In this document: in pieces, positions 16,417 through 26,464 of the stretch | Numbering within the stretch: the first letter of the stretch is position 1 | Layout of the letters: each line of letters opens with the position of its first letter | Source: an uncultured bacterium | GTDB lineage: Bacteria > SAR324 > NAC60-12 | Length of the DNA: 28,883 nt | Assembly (NCBI GenBank): GCA_965662235.1 | Contig: CBFIGY010000036.1 | Location: 1-28,883 of the forward strand | Direction: 5' to 3' | Notes under the pieces: model-generated | The model's input: only the letters and a program-made list of their open reading frames with translations | Told to the model about the DNA's origin: nothing | Database searches by the model: none | Made by a program: the position numbers and the translations under genes

Positions 16417-17511
16417 TTAAGCAGAGAGGCGCTCAAAGGCCTTGCCCTGCTGATTGAAGAGGTGGCAGGACTCAGTGGAGAGACCGATCTGGATGCGATC
16501 GCCCTGAGACACCATTCTGTCGCCGTTGGCATGGACGGTCATCTCGCGGTTGCCGGCCTTGACGTAAAGGTAGGTTTCGCCTCCTAGGCGTTCCACGGCA
16601 AAGACTTCGCCTTCAATGCGAGCTTCTCCTTCTCCTTCAGGACTGAGGTGTTCCGGGCGGATGCCGAGGGTAACCGGAGCACCGGCCTGGGAACCGCTTT
16701 CCGGGCGGCAGAGCATTTCAACCTTCAGGCCTCCTGCAACTTCCACTTCCACCTTTGAGTCTGACAGACCGGTGATTTTACCGTCCATGAAGTTCATGGC
16801 TGGGGAGCCAATGAAACCTGCGACAAAGAGGTTGGCCGGGTTGCGGTAGAGGTCCAGCGGGGCGCCGACCTGCTCCACGTAGCCGTCTTTGAGGACCACG
16901 ATCTTGTCTGCCATCGTCATGGCTTCGACCTGGTCGTGTGTCACGTAGATCATGGTGGCATTGAGGCGCTGGTGCAGCTTCGTCAGCTCAATCCGCATCT
17001 GCACCCGGAGCTTGGCGTCTAGGTTCGAGAGGGGCTCGTCAAAGAGGAAGACCTTGGGCTCACGGACAATGGCGCGCCCAATGGCCACCCGCTGACGCTG
17101 GCCACCAGACAGCTCCTTTGGCTTGCGGAGGAGGTAGTCGTTGATCTGCAGAATGTCGGCTGCTTCCCGGACGCGTCGGTCGATCTCTTCCTTGGGCTCC
17201 TTGGAGAGCTTCAGGGCAAAGGACATGTTCTCATAGACCGTCATGTGCGGATAGAGCGCGTAGGACTGGAAGACCATGGCGATTCCCCGCTTGGCCGGTG
17301 GCAGGTGTTCCACGCGGTCTCCACCAATGGAAATTTCTCCTGCAGAGACATCTTCAAGGCCCGCAATCAGCCGGAGTAAGGTCGACTTACCACAACCAGA
17401 CGGACCGACAAAGACCACAAATTCACTGTCCTTGATGTCAAGGTCCACACCGTGGATCACCTCGACGTCGCCAAAGCTTTTATAGACTTGTTTTAAATTG
17501 ACGTCAGCCAT
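16417..17511 (-). CDS. Carbohydrate ABC transporter ATP-binding protein (MalK/UgpC/MsiK type, with TOBE domain)
   Basis: Walker [52 protein letters not shown]. Start re-called at MADVNL with GAGGA RBS. Confidence 0.95.
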   Translation of the reverse strand: MADVNLKQVYKSFGDVEVIHGVDLDIKDSEFVVFVGPSGCGKSTLLRLIAGLEDVSAGEISIGGDRVEHLPPAKRGIAMVFQSYALYPHMTVYENMSFALKLSKEPKEEIDRRVREAADILQINDYLLRKPKELSGGQRQRVAIGRAIVREPKVFLFDEPLSNLDAKLRVQMRIELTKLHQRLNATMIYVTHDQVEAMTMADKIVVLKDGYVEQVGAPLDLYRNPANLFVAGFIGSPAMNFMDGKITGLSDSKVEVEVAGGLKVEMLCRPESGSQAGAPVTLGIRPEHLSPEGEGEARIEGEVFAVERLGGETYLYVKAGNREMTVHANGDRMVSQGDRIQIGLSTESCHLFNQQGKAFERLSA

Positions 17512-17603
17512 GATTTCCTCATCTGAGAAAGAGAAAGGTATTATTTCGGGGGGTGCTTGCTGGGAGATCCCTTCCAAGAAAATGCGCCAAGTTATGGCAA
17601 AAA

Positions 17604-18704
17604 TCAACCTTTTATGAGAAATGAGTTCCGCATGGACTCCGACTGAAAGCCCTCGGAGGTTCCGGAAAGGTTGAATTGCCGTTGGTGTGGTCCGACCCCT
17701 GTTGATTGCCGAAAGGTCAGGGGGGCTTCCCGGATTTCTTGGAAATCCTCGGGGCGGGCGCCTCCCACCAGTGAGAGGAGAATTTCCACCAGACGTCGCC
17801 CGATTTCTTTGACAGGAGGACGCAGGGTGGTCAGGGGCGGGGTGCTGTAGCGTGCGAGTTCCAGGTCGTCGTACCCGATCACCGAGACATCCTGACCCGC
17901 CTGAAGGTTGAGCTGGCTGAGGGCCCGGAACACCCCGGGCGCCGCTTCAGTGAAGCAAAGCAGCCCGGTAGGCGGGTCCGGAAGCCGCATCAGCTCCAGG
18001 GTGTGCAGGTACCCTCCGTTGTCGGGAGAGGTGCCCTGGGTGCTGAAGACCAAAGCGTCATCCCAGTCGATCTGAGCGCTCTGCAGCGCTTGATGGTAAC
18101 CCTCGGCACAGCACTTGGGGAAGAAGAACACCTCCGGACCATTGATGAGCGCAATGCGCCGATGTCCTAATTCCAGCAGGAACTCCCCAGCCTCGCGAAA
18201 GGCCTGGGTGCCGTTGACGTCCACAAACGCATACGGCTGCTCGGATTCGGTCCGTCCGTACACAACAAAGGGAAACTGCTGCTGCTGCAGGTACTGGATG
18301 CGGGGATCTTCCAAGCGGGATTGCACAAGAATGATACCGTCGACACGCTTGCCCTCTACCATGCGGCACAGGGCCTGATTCTCGTTTTCCACATCGGGGG
18401 CCACCGTCAGGACAAGGTCGTGTTCCTTAACTGCCAGCGTTTCGCTGATGCCCCCCAGCAGCTCGGTGAAAAAGGTGTCGTTGAAGTAGTTCTGCCCCGG
18501 AGGCAGGATGATGCCAATGGCCTCGGTACGTCCCTTCTGAAGCCGCCGCGCCACAGGATTCGGCTGATACCCGTGCGCTTTTGCTTCCGCCCGGACTCGA
18601 CGTCGAGTGGACTCGCTGACGTCCGGGTAGCCCGCCAGCGCTCGAGACACCGTGGTGGTGGAGAGGCCCAGTAATTTGGCCAGCTGCTTGAGATTCGTCG
18701 ACAT
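17604..18704 (-). CDS. LacI-family transcriptional regulator (AglR/RafR-like)
   Basis: [23 protein letters not shown], hinge [10 protein letters not shown], sugar-binding domain ([14 protein letters not shown]). Start re-called at ATG 18704. Confidence 0.95.
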   Translation of the reverse strand: MSTNLKQLAKLLGLSTTTVSRALAGYPDVSESTRRRVRAEAKAHGYQPNPVARRLQKGRTEAIGIILPPGQNYFNDTFFTELLGGISETLAVKEHDLVLTVAPDVENENQALCRMVEGKRVDGIILVQSRLEDPRIQYLQQQQFPFVVYGRTESEQPYAFVDVNGTQAFREAGEFLLELGHRRIALINGPEVFFFPKCCAEGYHQALQSAQIDWDDALVFSTQGTSPDNGGYLHTLELMRLPDPPTGLLCFTEAAPGVFRALSQLNLQAGQDVSVIGYDDLELARYSTPPLTTLRPPVKEIGRRLVEILLSLVGGARPEDFQEIREAPLTFRQSTGVGPHQRQFNLSGTSEGFQSESMRNSFLIKG

Positions 18705-18754
18705 CTGAGGTGGTATAGAAGAGAGCCCTGACCAACAGCGGACGCTTGAGGCGT

Positions 18755-18768
18755 CCAAAACGTTTTGG
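18755..18768. promoter_or_regulatory. Putative LacI-family operator
   Basis: Perfect 14-bp palindrome CCAAAACGTTTTGG with central CG, 50 nt upstream of the LacI gene. Confidence 0.75.
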
Positions 18769-18775
18769 GGTCACA

Positions 18776-18804
18776 GAAATAGCACTCGCTCCGGGGGATG
18801 TCAA
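18776..18804 (-). promoter_or_regulatory. Putative sigma70 promoter of the LacI gene
   Basis: TTGACA (18804-18799), 17-nt spacer ending in TGc, then TATTTC (18781-18776). Confidence 0.55.
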
Positions 18805-18923
18805 GAAAGGGCGCGGCTTCTCCTTGGAAACGTCTTGCTTTGAATCATCGCTTCACCTATTTTGACTAGGTTTTTTCACTGAATGAGCCGCGGCGCCTTC
18901 AACGCTTCTGAGACTAGCCTTCT

Positions 18924-20480
18924 ATGGAAACTATGTCCTTTCCCGTCCTGTCCCTGATCATCTTCTCTCCCCTGTTGGGAATCGCGCTGGCCGCTCTGTT
19001 CCGCGATTCAGGCAATGGGACTCCTGCCAAGGTGGGCGCGTTGTTGAGCAGCGTTCTGACTTTCGGGATCAGCTTGTTCGTCTGGTTTGGTTACGACGCC
19101 GGAAGCATTGAGCTGCAGTTTGTGGAGCAAGTCCCCTGGATTCCGAGCTTTGGAATTGAGTACTTCCTAGGAGTGGACGGCCTGAACTTCTTCTTCATCC
19201 TGATTGTCGCCTTCATGACGCCCCTGGCGTTGCTGGGCGCCTGGAACGTGTCCGACCGGCCTTGGCAGTTTCAGATTCAGATGCTGCTGCTGCAGATTGG
19301 GATGCTCGGGTGTTTTGCTGCCGTTGATGTGATCCTCTTCTACGTGTTCTTTGAGGTCACGCTGGTGCCAATGTACTTCCTGATCGGTATCTGGGGCGGG
19401 CACAACCGGCTGTATGCAACGATGAAGTTCTTCATCTACACCATGGTTGGCTCCTTGATGATGCTGGCGGCGCTGCTGTACACGGCTTCGCTGCACCACG
19501 ACCTCACCGGTCGCTGGTCGTTCAACATCTTCGACTGGTACGGGATGGGGATTTCGGCAGAGGAGCAGTACTGGCTGTTCCTAGGCTTTGCCGTTGCCTT
19601 TGCTGTGAAGGTGCCGCTGTTTCCGCTTCACACCTGGCTTCCGGATGCGCACTACGAAGCTCCCACCGCCGGTTCCGTGCAGCTGGCCGCAGTGTTGCTG
19701 AAGCTGGGGCCCTACGGTTTCCTACGCTTCGCCATGCCGGTTTTTCCAACGGCGGTCTACGAGTTGGCGCCGGCGATCATGATCCTTTCCATTGCCGGCA
19801 TCCTCTACGGTGGCTTGGTGGCCATGGTGCAGGAGAAGATCAAGAAGCTGATCGCCTACTCCTCGGTGGCACACATGGGGTACATCATGCTGGGACTGTT
19901 TGCCCTCAATGAGCAGGGCATCTCCGGCAGCTGGATCCAGATGATCAACCACGCCATTGTGACCGGCGCGCTCTTCCTCACCGTTGGCATGATCTATGAG
20001 CGCACCCACACCCAAGAGATTGTGGACTACGGCGGCGTTGCGCACACGATGCCCCGCTTTGCGGTGTTCCTGGTCTTCTTCTCCATGGCCTCTGTGGGGG
20101 TTCCGGGACTGAATGGCTTCGTGGGTGAGGTGCTGACGATGATCGGCGCCGCACAGGTCAACATCTGGTACGGCATCCTTGCTGCTTCCGGAGTTGTGGT
20201 GGCTGCGATCTACATGCTGTGGATGGTGCAGCGTGTGGTCTTTGGTCCGCTGGTGAAGGACATGGTGAAGGGGCTTCAGGACCTGAACCTCCGCGAAGTG
20301 GCGGTGCTGGTGCCGTTGCTGTTCTGGACGGTATACCTAGGGGTTTACCCGCAGCCCTTCTTCGATCGGATTGAGCTGAGCGTGAGCCACTACATTGAGC
20401 AGATCAAGTCTCAGGAACCCCGCTTTGCCCAAGATGCCTTGCACAGTGAGGACGTCTGGTGGCTGAGCGCCAAGCGCTAA
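18924..20480 (+). CDS. nuoM: NADH-quinone oxidoreductase subunit M (antiporter-like)
   Basis: YFLGVDGL, FYVFFEVTLVPMYFLIGIWG, KFFIYT, AVKVPLFPLHTWLPDAH, LLKLG, AYSSVAHMG, PGLNGFVGE, DLNLRE, LGVYP. The start could be 18933. Confidence 0.95.
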   Translation: METMSFPVLSLIIFSPLLGIALAALFRDSGNGTPAKVGALLSSVLTFGISLFVWFGYDAGSIELQFVEQVPWIPSFGIEYFLGVDGLNFFFILIVAFMTPLALLGAWNVSDRPWQFQIQMLLLQIGMLGCFAAVDVILFYVFFEVTLVPMYFLIGIWGGHNRLYATMKFFIYTMVGSLMMLAALLYTASLHHDLTGRWSFNIFDWYGMGISAEEQYWLFLGFAVAFAVKVPLFPLHTWLPDAHYEAPTAGSVQLAAVLLKLGPYGFLRFAMPVFPTAVYELAPAIMILSIAGILYGGLVAMVQEKIKKLIAYSSVAHMGYIMLGLFALNEQGISGSWIQMINHAIVTGALFLTVGMIYERTHTQEIVDYGGVAHTMPRFAVFLVFFSMASVGVPGLNGFVGEVLTMIGAAQVNIWYGILAASGVVVAAIYMLWMVQRVVFGPLVKDMVKGLQDLNLREVAVLVPLLFWTVYLGVYPQPFFDRIELSVSHYIEQIKSQEPRFAQDALHSEDVWWLSAKR

Positions 20481-20492
20481 AACCGCACCCCT

Positions 20493-20519
20493 CCTCCGGG
20501 GGCCTTGGCTTCCCGGAGG
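20493..20519. terminator. GC-rich hairpin after the nuoM stop, between convergent genes
   Basis: CCTCCGGG(20493-500)...CCCGGAGG(20512-19); no clear U-tract. Confidence 0.4.
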
Positions 20520-20582
20520 CACTCCTCTCAAGTCCCTCTTTTCCCCCTCAAAGCACCCTTTCCCGGACCTCAGGATTTGCGC

Positions 20583-21473
20583 TCAGGCGACTCCTGGAAC
20601 CCGTTCGTAGTACTCTGCATACTCTTCCCGCACCTCTGGGAAGGGGCGATAGACCTCGAGGAAGAACTTGAAGGACGCCATCTTGACGTACGAGTAAACC
20701 GGGGCAGACGAGAGGCTTGCGATCAGGATGCGGAGCACCGGATCTTCTAGGGTGAGCAAGGCTCCCAAGGGGATGATGATCACAAAGATGGCAGAGAGCA
20801 CGAGGCGGGCTAGGTAAAACAGCCACGACCAGTTCCGGACGCGTGCATCCAGCAGCAGGCGCCAGAGCAGGAACCGCTTCTGGGCAAAGCTAGGGTGCTG
20901 CAGCACGGCCAGTTTGGAAGAGTAGGAGAACCCTGCCATGCCCAGCGGCCAGTAAAGTCCAGCAAACGCAGCCGGGAGCAACAGGGCCCAGGGGTTCGTG
21001 GCGCTCTGCCACCACCCCCATCCGGCCAAGTACCCCACTCCCGTCCAGAGCCCCCCAATGCCGACGACGGTGCTGATGGCCAAGGCGTCCCAGGCCACCT
21101 GCTCCCAGCGGAGACGCTGCAGGGCACTCAGCAGGTGCCACCGTCCCCCTTCCTCACGGTGCATGAGGCGCATGTCACTGGAGGGCCACATGGAGGTCAG
21201 CTCCTTGAACGCAAACAGCACCGCCAGCACGGCAAGGGTACGCCAGTCCAGCAGCAGGCTCGTCAGCAGGCCCGGAAGCTCGTCAAACGTCCAGGCCGCC
21301 AGCGCCTGAAGCTCGCGACTGGTGGGCTTCAGCCAGTGGGGCGTTCCTCCTCCCAGCGAGTTCTTGAGCAACCGGTCCAGGATGATCAGGACGGCGACGA
21401 GGAGGAAGAAGGATTTGTAGCGGATCAGTTCCCGAACGGAATCAATCACTAGGATGTTGAGCAGACGCTGCAT
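20583..21473 (-). CDS. Hypothetical multi-pass membrane protein (296 aa)
   Basis: About 6 hydrophobic segments; starts 3 nt after the tricorn stop; no family recognised. Confidence 0.8.
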   Translation of the reverse strand: MQRLLNILVIDSVRELIRYKSFFLLVAVLIILDRLLKNSLGGGTPHWLKPTSRELQALAAWTFDELPGLLTSLLLDWRTLAVLAVLFAFKELTSMWPSSDMRLMHREEGGRWHLLSALQRLRWEQVAWDALAISTVVGIGGLWTGVGYLAGWGWWQSATNPWALLLPAAFAGLYWPLGMAGFSYSSKLAVLQHPSFAQKRFLLWRLLLDARVRNWSWLFYLARLVLSAIFVIIIPLGALLTLEDPVLRILIASLSSAPVYSYVKMASFKFFLEVYRPFPEVREEYAEYYERVPGVA

Positions 21474-21476
21474 GGG

Positions 21477-24400
21477 TCAGGGAAGCGGGCGTTGAGGAAT
21501 GGGACCAAAGGTCCGGGAAGGAAGCGGGGTCTCTTCCAGGAGGCGCCCCATTTCCGTAATGGCCTGATCCAGTTGCGGGTCCTGCTGGAGGGCGTAGGCG
21601 TGAGGGGGGTCTTCCACCACCAGGTCGGGGTCGACGCCATAGTTTTCCACCGACCAGCCGAGGTGGTGGAACCAGATTGAATACTGGGGCTGAGTGGTGG
21701 TGGTGCCGTCCACCAGACTGTAGCGACTGTCAATGCCAATCACGCCACCCCAGGTCCGTTTTCCCACCAGCGGTCCCAACTTGAGGGCCCGGAAGCTGGC
21801 ACTGAACATGTCTCCGTCTGATCCGGTGAAGCTGTTGGCAAGGGCCAGCAAGGGGCCTCGGACGGTGTGGTAGGGGTAGGACTCAGGAACCCCCCAACGC
21901 GGGACATCGTAGCCGAGGTGCCGGTGCATGAGTTTTTCCAGAATGAGGGGCGACACCATGCCACCGGCGTTGTAGCGCGCGTCAATGATGAGTCCGTCTC
22001 GGTCAACCTGAGCGAGGTACCCGCGGTGGAACTCCGCAATGCCCTCGGTGCTCATGTCCGGAAGGTGCAGGTAGCCCACCCGTCCGTCAGTGGCTTCCAG
22101 CACATACTCGGTGTTGCGGCGGACCCACTCGCGGTAACGGACGGTCCGTTCACTGGCCAGGGTTTCCACGCTGATGAGGCGTGTTTCTTCAGGCTTCTCT
22201 GCAGGAGCCACAGTGAGGAGCACTTCCTGACCAGCGAGGTTGACCAGCAGCTCATGAGGCAGGGTGTGGGCATCCACCGGCACTCCTCCAACAGCAAGCA
22301 GCCGGTCTCCCGGCTGCACGCGGTTTCCGGGTTCGGCCAGCGGTGAGTGGGCGCCTTTCTTCCACAGGTCTCCCTGGAGGATTTGCTCAAACACCCAGCT
22401 CTTCTCTTGGGCGTCATACGTCAGGTCCGCTCCGAGCCACCCAACGGGGTAACGGGGAGCCCGCCGGTAGTCTCCGCCATACTCATAGGCATGCGAAGTT
22501 CCCAACTCCCCTTGCATCTCCCAAATCAGGTCCGAGAGCTCCGAGCGCGAGCCCAGCCGGGGCAGCAAACGCGCATAACGGGCATAGACCTTTTCCCAGT
22601 CAACCCCAGAGAGTTCCTCATTCCAGAAGAACTCACGTTGAAGTCGCCAGGCCTCCCGGAACATCTGTCCCCACTCCGCAGGGTACTCCACAGAGAGGCG
22701 AATGCGGGAAAGGTCGAGCCACCCGCTCTTCCGGGAAGGAGGACCATCGAGCTCTTCCGGAGGCTGCACTCCTGCTTCCAGAACCCGGATGCGGGCGCCT
22801 GAAACATAGAGCAAGGTGCGTCCGTTTGGCGTGACCTGGATTTCGCCTACTTCTGGAACCAGCACCTCCCGTTCCTGCTTCTCAAAGTCATACATCCAGA
22901 GCAACCCATCGTCTCCGGCCTCCTCAGGCGTGGGCTCATCCAAATCGCCAGAAAGCGGGTACTCTGTGAACAGCACCTTTTGCTGGTGGACCCCCATGAC
23001 CTGGCCATAGATGCTTTCCGGAACCGGAAATTCGACAATCCGCTCACGGATGCCCTCAAGGTCGATTTCCAGAGGAGGCACCGTTTCCGCTTTCTTGCCA
23101 CGCTCTTCTTTTTCAGCAAGCTCTTCCGGCTCGTCTTTGGCGCCAGGCGCATGCGGTTGCGGACGGAAGGGGTTGGGCTGGTGCTCCCTCAGCAGAATCA
23201 GGTAGGGCTTGATGGAACGGCTGAACGAGGTGGCCGTCTGCACCGTGTCCCAGACGGGGTTGTAGGTCCGAGAGGAGAGGAAGTAAAGGTAGTGCCCTTC
23301 GGGATCAAAGGAGGGGGTGAAGTCGTAGCGAACCGGATCGCTGACCTGCACTGGCGCCTGCGGTCGCAGCGTCTTCCCAGTCTTGGGAACGCCGAGGCGT
23401 ACTAGGAAGATGGCACTCAGCTCCGGACTGATGAACTTGCTGTAGGCGACCCAGTGCCCGTCTGGAGAAAAAACGGGCTCGCTGATTTCCTTGAGCGGAG
23501 AGGAGTCAAGCAGGCGCAGGGAGCCGGTTTCGAGATTCACCACCCAGAGTTCCATGCGGCTGGTGGTCACCACCGCGTGCGGATGGGTGGGCGAGGTGAC
23601 CAGGTCCTGCACCCGTCCAAGGGGCAAACGGACGCTTTTCTCTGGTGTCGGCGTCGGCGCAGCGGGAAAGAGGTCGAGCCGTTCCTCTCCAGAGGCGTCG
23701 GAGACGGCGATCATCCGACTGTCGCTGAGCCAGCGGGGCAGGCGGTAGCGGACGCCATTGCGTTCGCCGAGCTGCACCACAGCCTGCTCCCACAGAGCCA
23801 TGCCACAGAGTTTCCCCCGTGCCGTCAGTGCCAAAGCGTGCCCCTGCGGATGCAACGTGACCTCTTCTAGGTAGTCGGGCCCCTCAAAAAAACGACGCTG
23901 CAGCCGCACCTTCTGGGTGGCCCAAGGCAGCTCAATGACCTGCTCTCGTCCGGGCTCTGCGGCTTCCTGAGGGTTGAGGATCCAGAGGTCTCCTCCGCAG
24001 TGAAAGACAACCCGCCTCCCGTCGGTGGCCGGCATCCGGACGTAGTAGTCACGCTGAAAGGTTTCAGGGCGAAGGTCCTGTCCATCCGGAAGGCAGGAGT
24101 AGAGGTTGCCGATGCCTTCGTGATCGGACACAAACCAGAGGCGTCCCTGTAGCCAGAAGGGGGCCACCGGGTTGCCTTCCAGCTCCGTCAGCAGCCGGGT
24201 GAAGGTTCCTGCACCAGAGGCATCGACCCAGACTTCGCCAACCATGCCCCCGCGGTAGCGCTTCCACCGGGAGTTGGAAAGGGTGTTGCGTCCCAGCACA
24301 ACAGCGGTTTTTTCCCAACTGACCGTCATGGCTGGACCAAACGGAAGAGGCGTGATGGGGCCTCCGGAGGCAGACACCTGAAACAACCGGGCGTCCGCGC

Positions 24401-24770
24401 CACGGTGGTGGATGGAGTCGTGCGTGCTCCGGAAGATCACCGATTGACCTTCTGGACTCCAGCCGACGACATGGGTCACCGCGTTCAGCCAGGTGATGCG
24501 CTGAAGGGGGCCTCCGGAGGCGGGGAGCACGTAAACATCGTACTCACCTTCCTCCATCGCACACACGGCCAGGGTCTGTCCGTTGGGAGAAAAAGCAGGG
24601 CTGCGGATTTCGCTGGAGGTGTTGGTGAGTCGCCGAGCCGGTCCGCCGGCTACGGATGCCAGCCAAAGGTCGTCTTCACAGATGAAGGCCAATTGCTCAC
24701 CTTGAAGCGTGGGCTGAAGGAAGTAGCCGTGGGGTGAAGACACAAAATCAGGTTCGGCGGTGCGGGTCAT
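21477..24770 (-). CDS. Tricorn protease (S41 family; beta-propellers, PDZ, catalytic domain)
   Basis: F..EDDLW, WKRYRGG, SDHEGIGNLYS, EAWRLQR, GELGTSHAY (His), VGYLHLPDM, DARYNAGG, GSDGD (Ser), GKRTWGGVIG, VENYGVDPD. Confidence 0.96.
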   Translation of the reverse strand: MTRTAEPDFVSSPHGYFLQPTLQGEQLAFICEDDLWLASVAGGPARRLTNTSSEIRSPAFSPNGQTLAVCAMEEGEYDVYVLPASGGPLQRITWLNAVTHVVGWSPEGQSVIFRSTHDSIHHRGADARLFQVSASGGPITPLPFGPAMTVSWEKTAVVLGRNTLSNSRWKRYRGGMVGEVWVDASGAGTFTRLLTELEGNPVAPFWLQGRLWFVSDHEGIGNLYSCLPDGQDLRPETFQRDYYVRMPATDGRRVVFHCGGDLWILNPQEAAEPGREQVIELPWATQKVRLQRRFFEGPDYLEEVTLHPQGHALALTARGKLCGMALWEQAVVQLGERNGVRYRLPRWLSDSRMIAVSDASGEERLDLFPAAPTPTPEKSVRLPLGRVQDLVTSPTHPHAVVTTSRMELWVVNLETGSLRLLDSSPLKEISEPVFSPDGHWVAYSKFISPELSAIFLVRLGVPKTGKTLRPQAPVQVSDPVRYDFTPSFDPEGHYLYFLSSRTYNPVWDTVQTATSFSRSIKPYLILLREHQPNPFRPQPHAPGAKDEPEELAEKEERGKKAETVPPLEIDLEGIRERIVEFPVPESIYGQVMGVHQQKVLFTEYPLSGDLDEPTPEEAGDDGLLWMYDFEKQEREVLVPEVGEIQVTPNGRTLLYVSGARIRVLEAGVQPPEELDGPPSRKSGWLDLSRIRLSVEYPAEWGQMFREAWRLQREFFWNEELSGVDWEKVYARYARLLPRLGSRSELSDLIWEMQGELGTSHAYEYGGDYRRAPRYPVGWLGADLTYDAQEKSWVFEQILQGDLWKKGAHSPLAEPGNRVQPGDRLLAVGGVPVDAHTLPHELLVNLAGQEVLLTVAPAEKPEETRLISVETLASERTVRYREWVRRNTEYVLEATDGRVGYLHLPDMSTEGIAEFHRGYLAQVDRDGLIIDARYNAGGMVSPLILEKLMHRHLGYDVPRWGVPESYPYHTVRGPLLALANSFTGSDGDMFSASFRALKLGPLVGKRTWGGVIGIDSRYSLVDGTTTTQPQYSIWFHHLGWSVENYGVDPDLVVEDPPHAYALQQDPQLDQAITEMGRLLEETPLPSRTFGPIPQRPLP

Positions 24771-24802
24771 TCAGTACCTTGAGTGCGAGGATCAGGTCAG
24801 CT

Positions 24803-26464
24803 TTAGAGGTCAATGGAGATGCGGAAGACGATGCCTTCAGAGCTCTTGCGGTTACTTTCGACAATCCGCTTTCCGGCAAACGCTTCCAGCTCGGTAAGGC
24901 GGCTCTTCAGCTCCTGAAGACGGTCGTAGCTGTCAATGAGGCCGTTGAGGGCGAAGCGAGAGGTGGTGTACTCAACGCGGTCAATCTGAAACTGAGTGGG
25001 GCCCGCGTCAATCAATCCGGAGAGGTTGTTGAGGAACTGGAGCATGGTGTATTCGCGTTGCAGGTACGACTGCCCGACCTCAATTTCAATCTGCCGCTTG
25101 CTGATCCGGTCCCGTAACTCCAGCACCCCTTCTCGGAGGGCGGTTGACTCAATGCCCACCTGCCGGAGCAACTGCTGAGCTGAGGATTCCGTCAGCTGAA
25201 GCTCCTGCCGCAGCAGCTCCTGCCGGAGGACGAGCTTCCCCACCTGCAGCGAAAGCAGCACGCCCCCGAGCAGCGCGGCGACCAGCAGCGACTTCCGGTG
25301 CCGTTTGGCAAAGCGCTTCCACGGCGGCGTCTCCGTGAGCAATCCCAGCGGCTTGGGGTGGCTCCCCGGAAGCACCTCACGCTTGAGGTCCTCCAGGAGG
25401 CTCCACACCTGTCGGTTTTGCAGGTCAAGGAGGCTTCCGGAGGCGACGGCGACACCACGCTCATCCACACGTGGCACGAGAGCGGTGCCCGATTCCTGCT
25501 CAGCACGTTCCCGGGACTCGGCTTCATGGATGAGTTCCTTGAGGTTTTCCGGCGGGGGCGTGGAAGCGGATTCTGAAGGAACCGACGGGGGCGATGAGGC
25601 CAGCTGCTCGGCCTCGGGCACGGGAAAGGCTCGGAGCCGGACCAGCACACCATCCCACTGAAAGAAGGGCGCAAAGATGCCGTAAAAACGAACCTCGCTC
25701 TCTGAAAGGGCGCTTTGCAGGCGGAGGAATCGCGTGAACTCACCGGCCAAGCGCATTAGCTCTTGCCGAAGCGGGGCCCATTCGTCGGCTTCTCCGTGCG
25801 TGCCCCCGGAACGTCCCAGCGCATGCAGAAAGGCTTGGAGGCCCTTGGCGGTGTGGGGCTGCGTTAAGGAATCTAGGCGGCTGGAGAAGGTCTGGACGGC
25901 CTGCCAGAGCGCGCCTTCCCGGGAGTTCGCAAACACCTCATCTGGTCCCACGTAGATCTGAAAGGTGGCTTCGTCTGGCAGCGCCTGCAGGGCGCAAGCC
26001 GTTGTCCGGACGTCCCGGAGGGTAAGGTCACGCTCTTGAAAGAGGTGCTGAATGGCGTCCAGCAGGTCCTTGGCAATCAGCTGCACCCGGACCTCGGTGG
26101 GAGCATCGGTCTGCCGGTGCGTGGAGAAGGAGTAGCGGTAGGCGTCCAACTCATGCAGCACCTCGCTGGAGAGCGCAAAGGGGAGGGCCTGCCGGATCTT
26201 TGCCGGCTCCGAGAAGGGGAAGTTGAGGTGCCGCAACGCTGCCCAGCGGGTGGGGATCAGGAGCACCGCTGAGCCTTCCCGGATGTTCTGTTCCTCAAGA
26301 AAGGCGGCCAGGTGTGCAAGTGGCGCCGGCGTCGGCTCATCCGGACCTGCCGGAGCCTGCCAGTGCGAGTGCCATTCCAACAAGCGCGGACGCCCCCGGA
26401 GGTTCCAACGGGCGCTTTCAATGAGGGCATCGCTCAGGGTGAGCAAGTGGAGGAGGTCATCCAT
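24803..26464 (-). CDS. GspL/PilM-PilN-like protein (type II secretion / type IV pilus platform-like), 553 aa
   Basis: LRHLNFPFSEPAKIRQALPFAL motif typical of the GspL cytoplasmic domain. Single TM after a basic patch, coiled coil, C-terminal PilN-like segment ending FRISIDL. Start re-called at MDDLL (TAATG overlap with recB). Confidence 0.65.
   Translation of the reverse strand: MDDLLHLLTLSDALIESARWNLRGRPRLLEWHSHWQAPAGPDEPTPAPLAHLAAFLEEQNIREGSAVLLIPTRWAALRHLNFPFSEPAKIRQALPFALSSEVLHELDAYRYSFSTHRQTDAPTEVRVQLIAKDLLDAIQHLFQERDLTLRDVRTTACALQALPDEATFQIYVGPDEVFANSREGALWQAVQTFSSRLDSLTQPHTAKGLQAFLHALGRSGGTHGEADEWAPLRQELMRLAGEFTRFLRLQSALSESEVRFYGIFAPFFQWDGVLVRLRAFPVPEAEQLASSPPSVPSESASTPPPENLKELIHEAESRERAEQESGTALVPRVDERGVAVASGSLLDLQNRQVWSLLEDLKREVLPGSHPKPLGLLTETPPWKRFAKRHRKSLLVAALLGGVLLSLQVGKLVLRQELLRQELQLTESSAQQLLRQVGIESTALREGVLELRDRISKRQIEIEVGQSYLQREYTMLQFLNNLSGLIDAGPTQFQIDRVEYTTSRFALNGLIDSYDRLQELKSRLTELEAFAGKRIVESNRKSSEGIVFRISIDL

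Noticed and set aside
21471..21479. In-frame TGA-CCC-ATG between tricorn and the membrane protein
   Set aside because: Tricorn is complete at this point and there is no Cys-like context; this is ordinary tight operon spacing.
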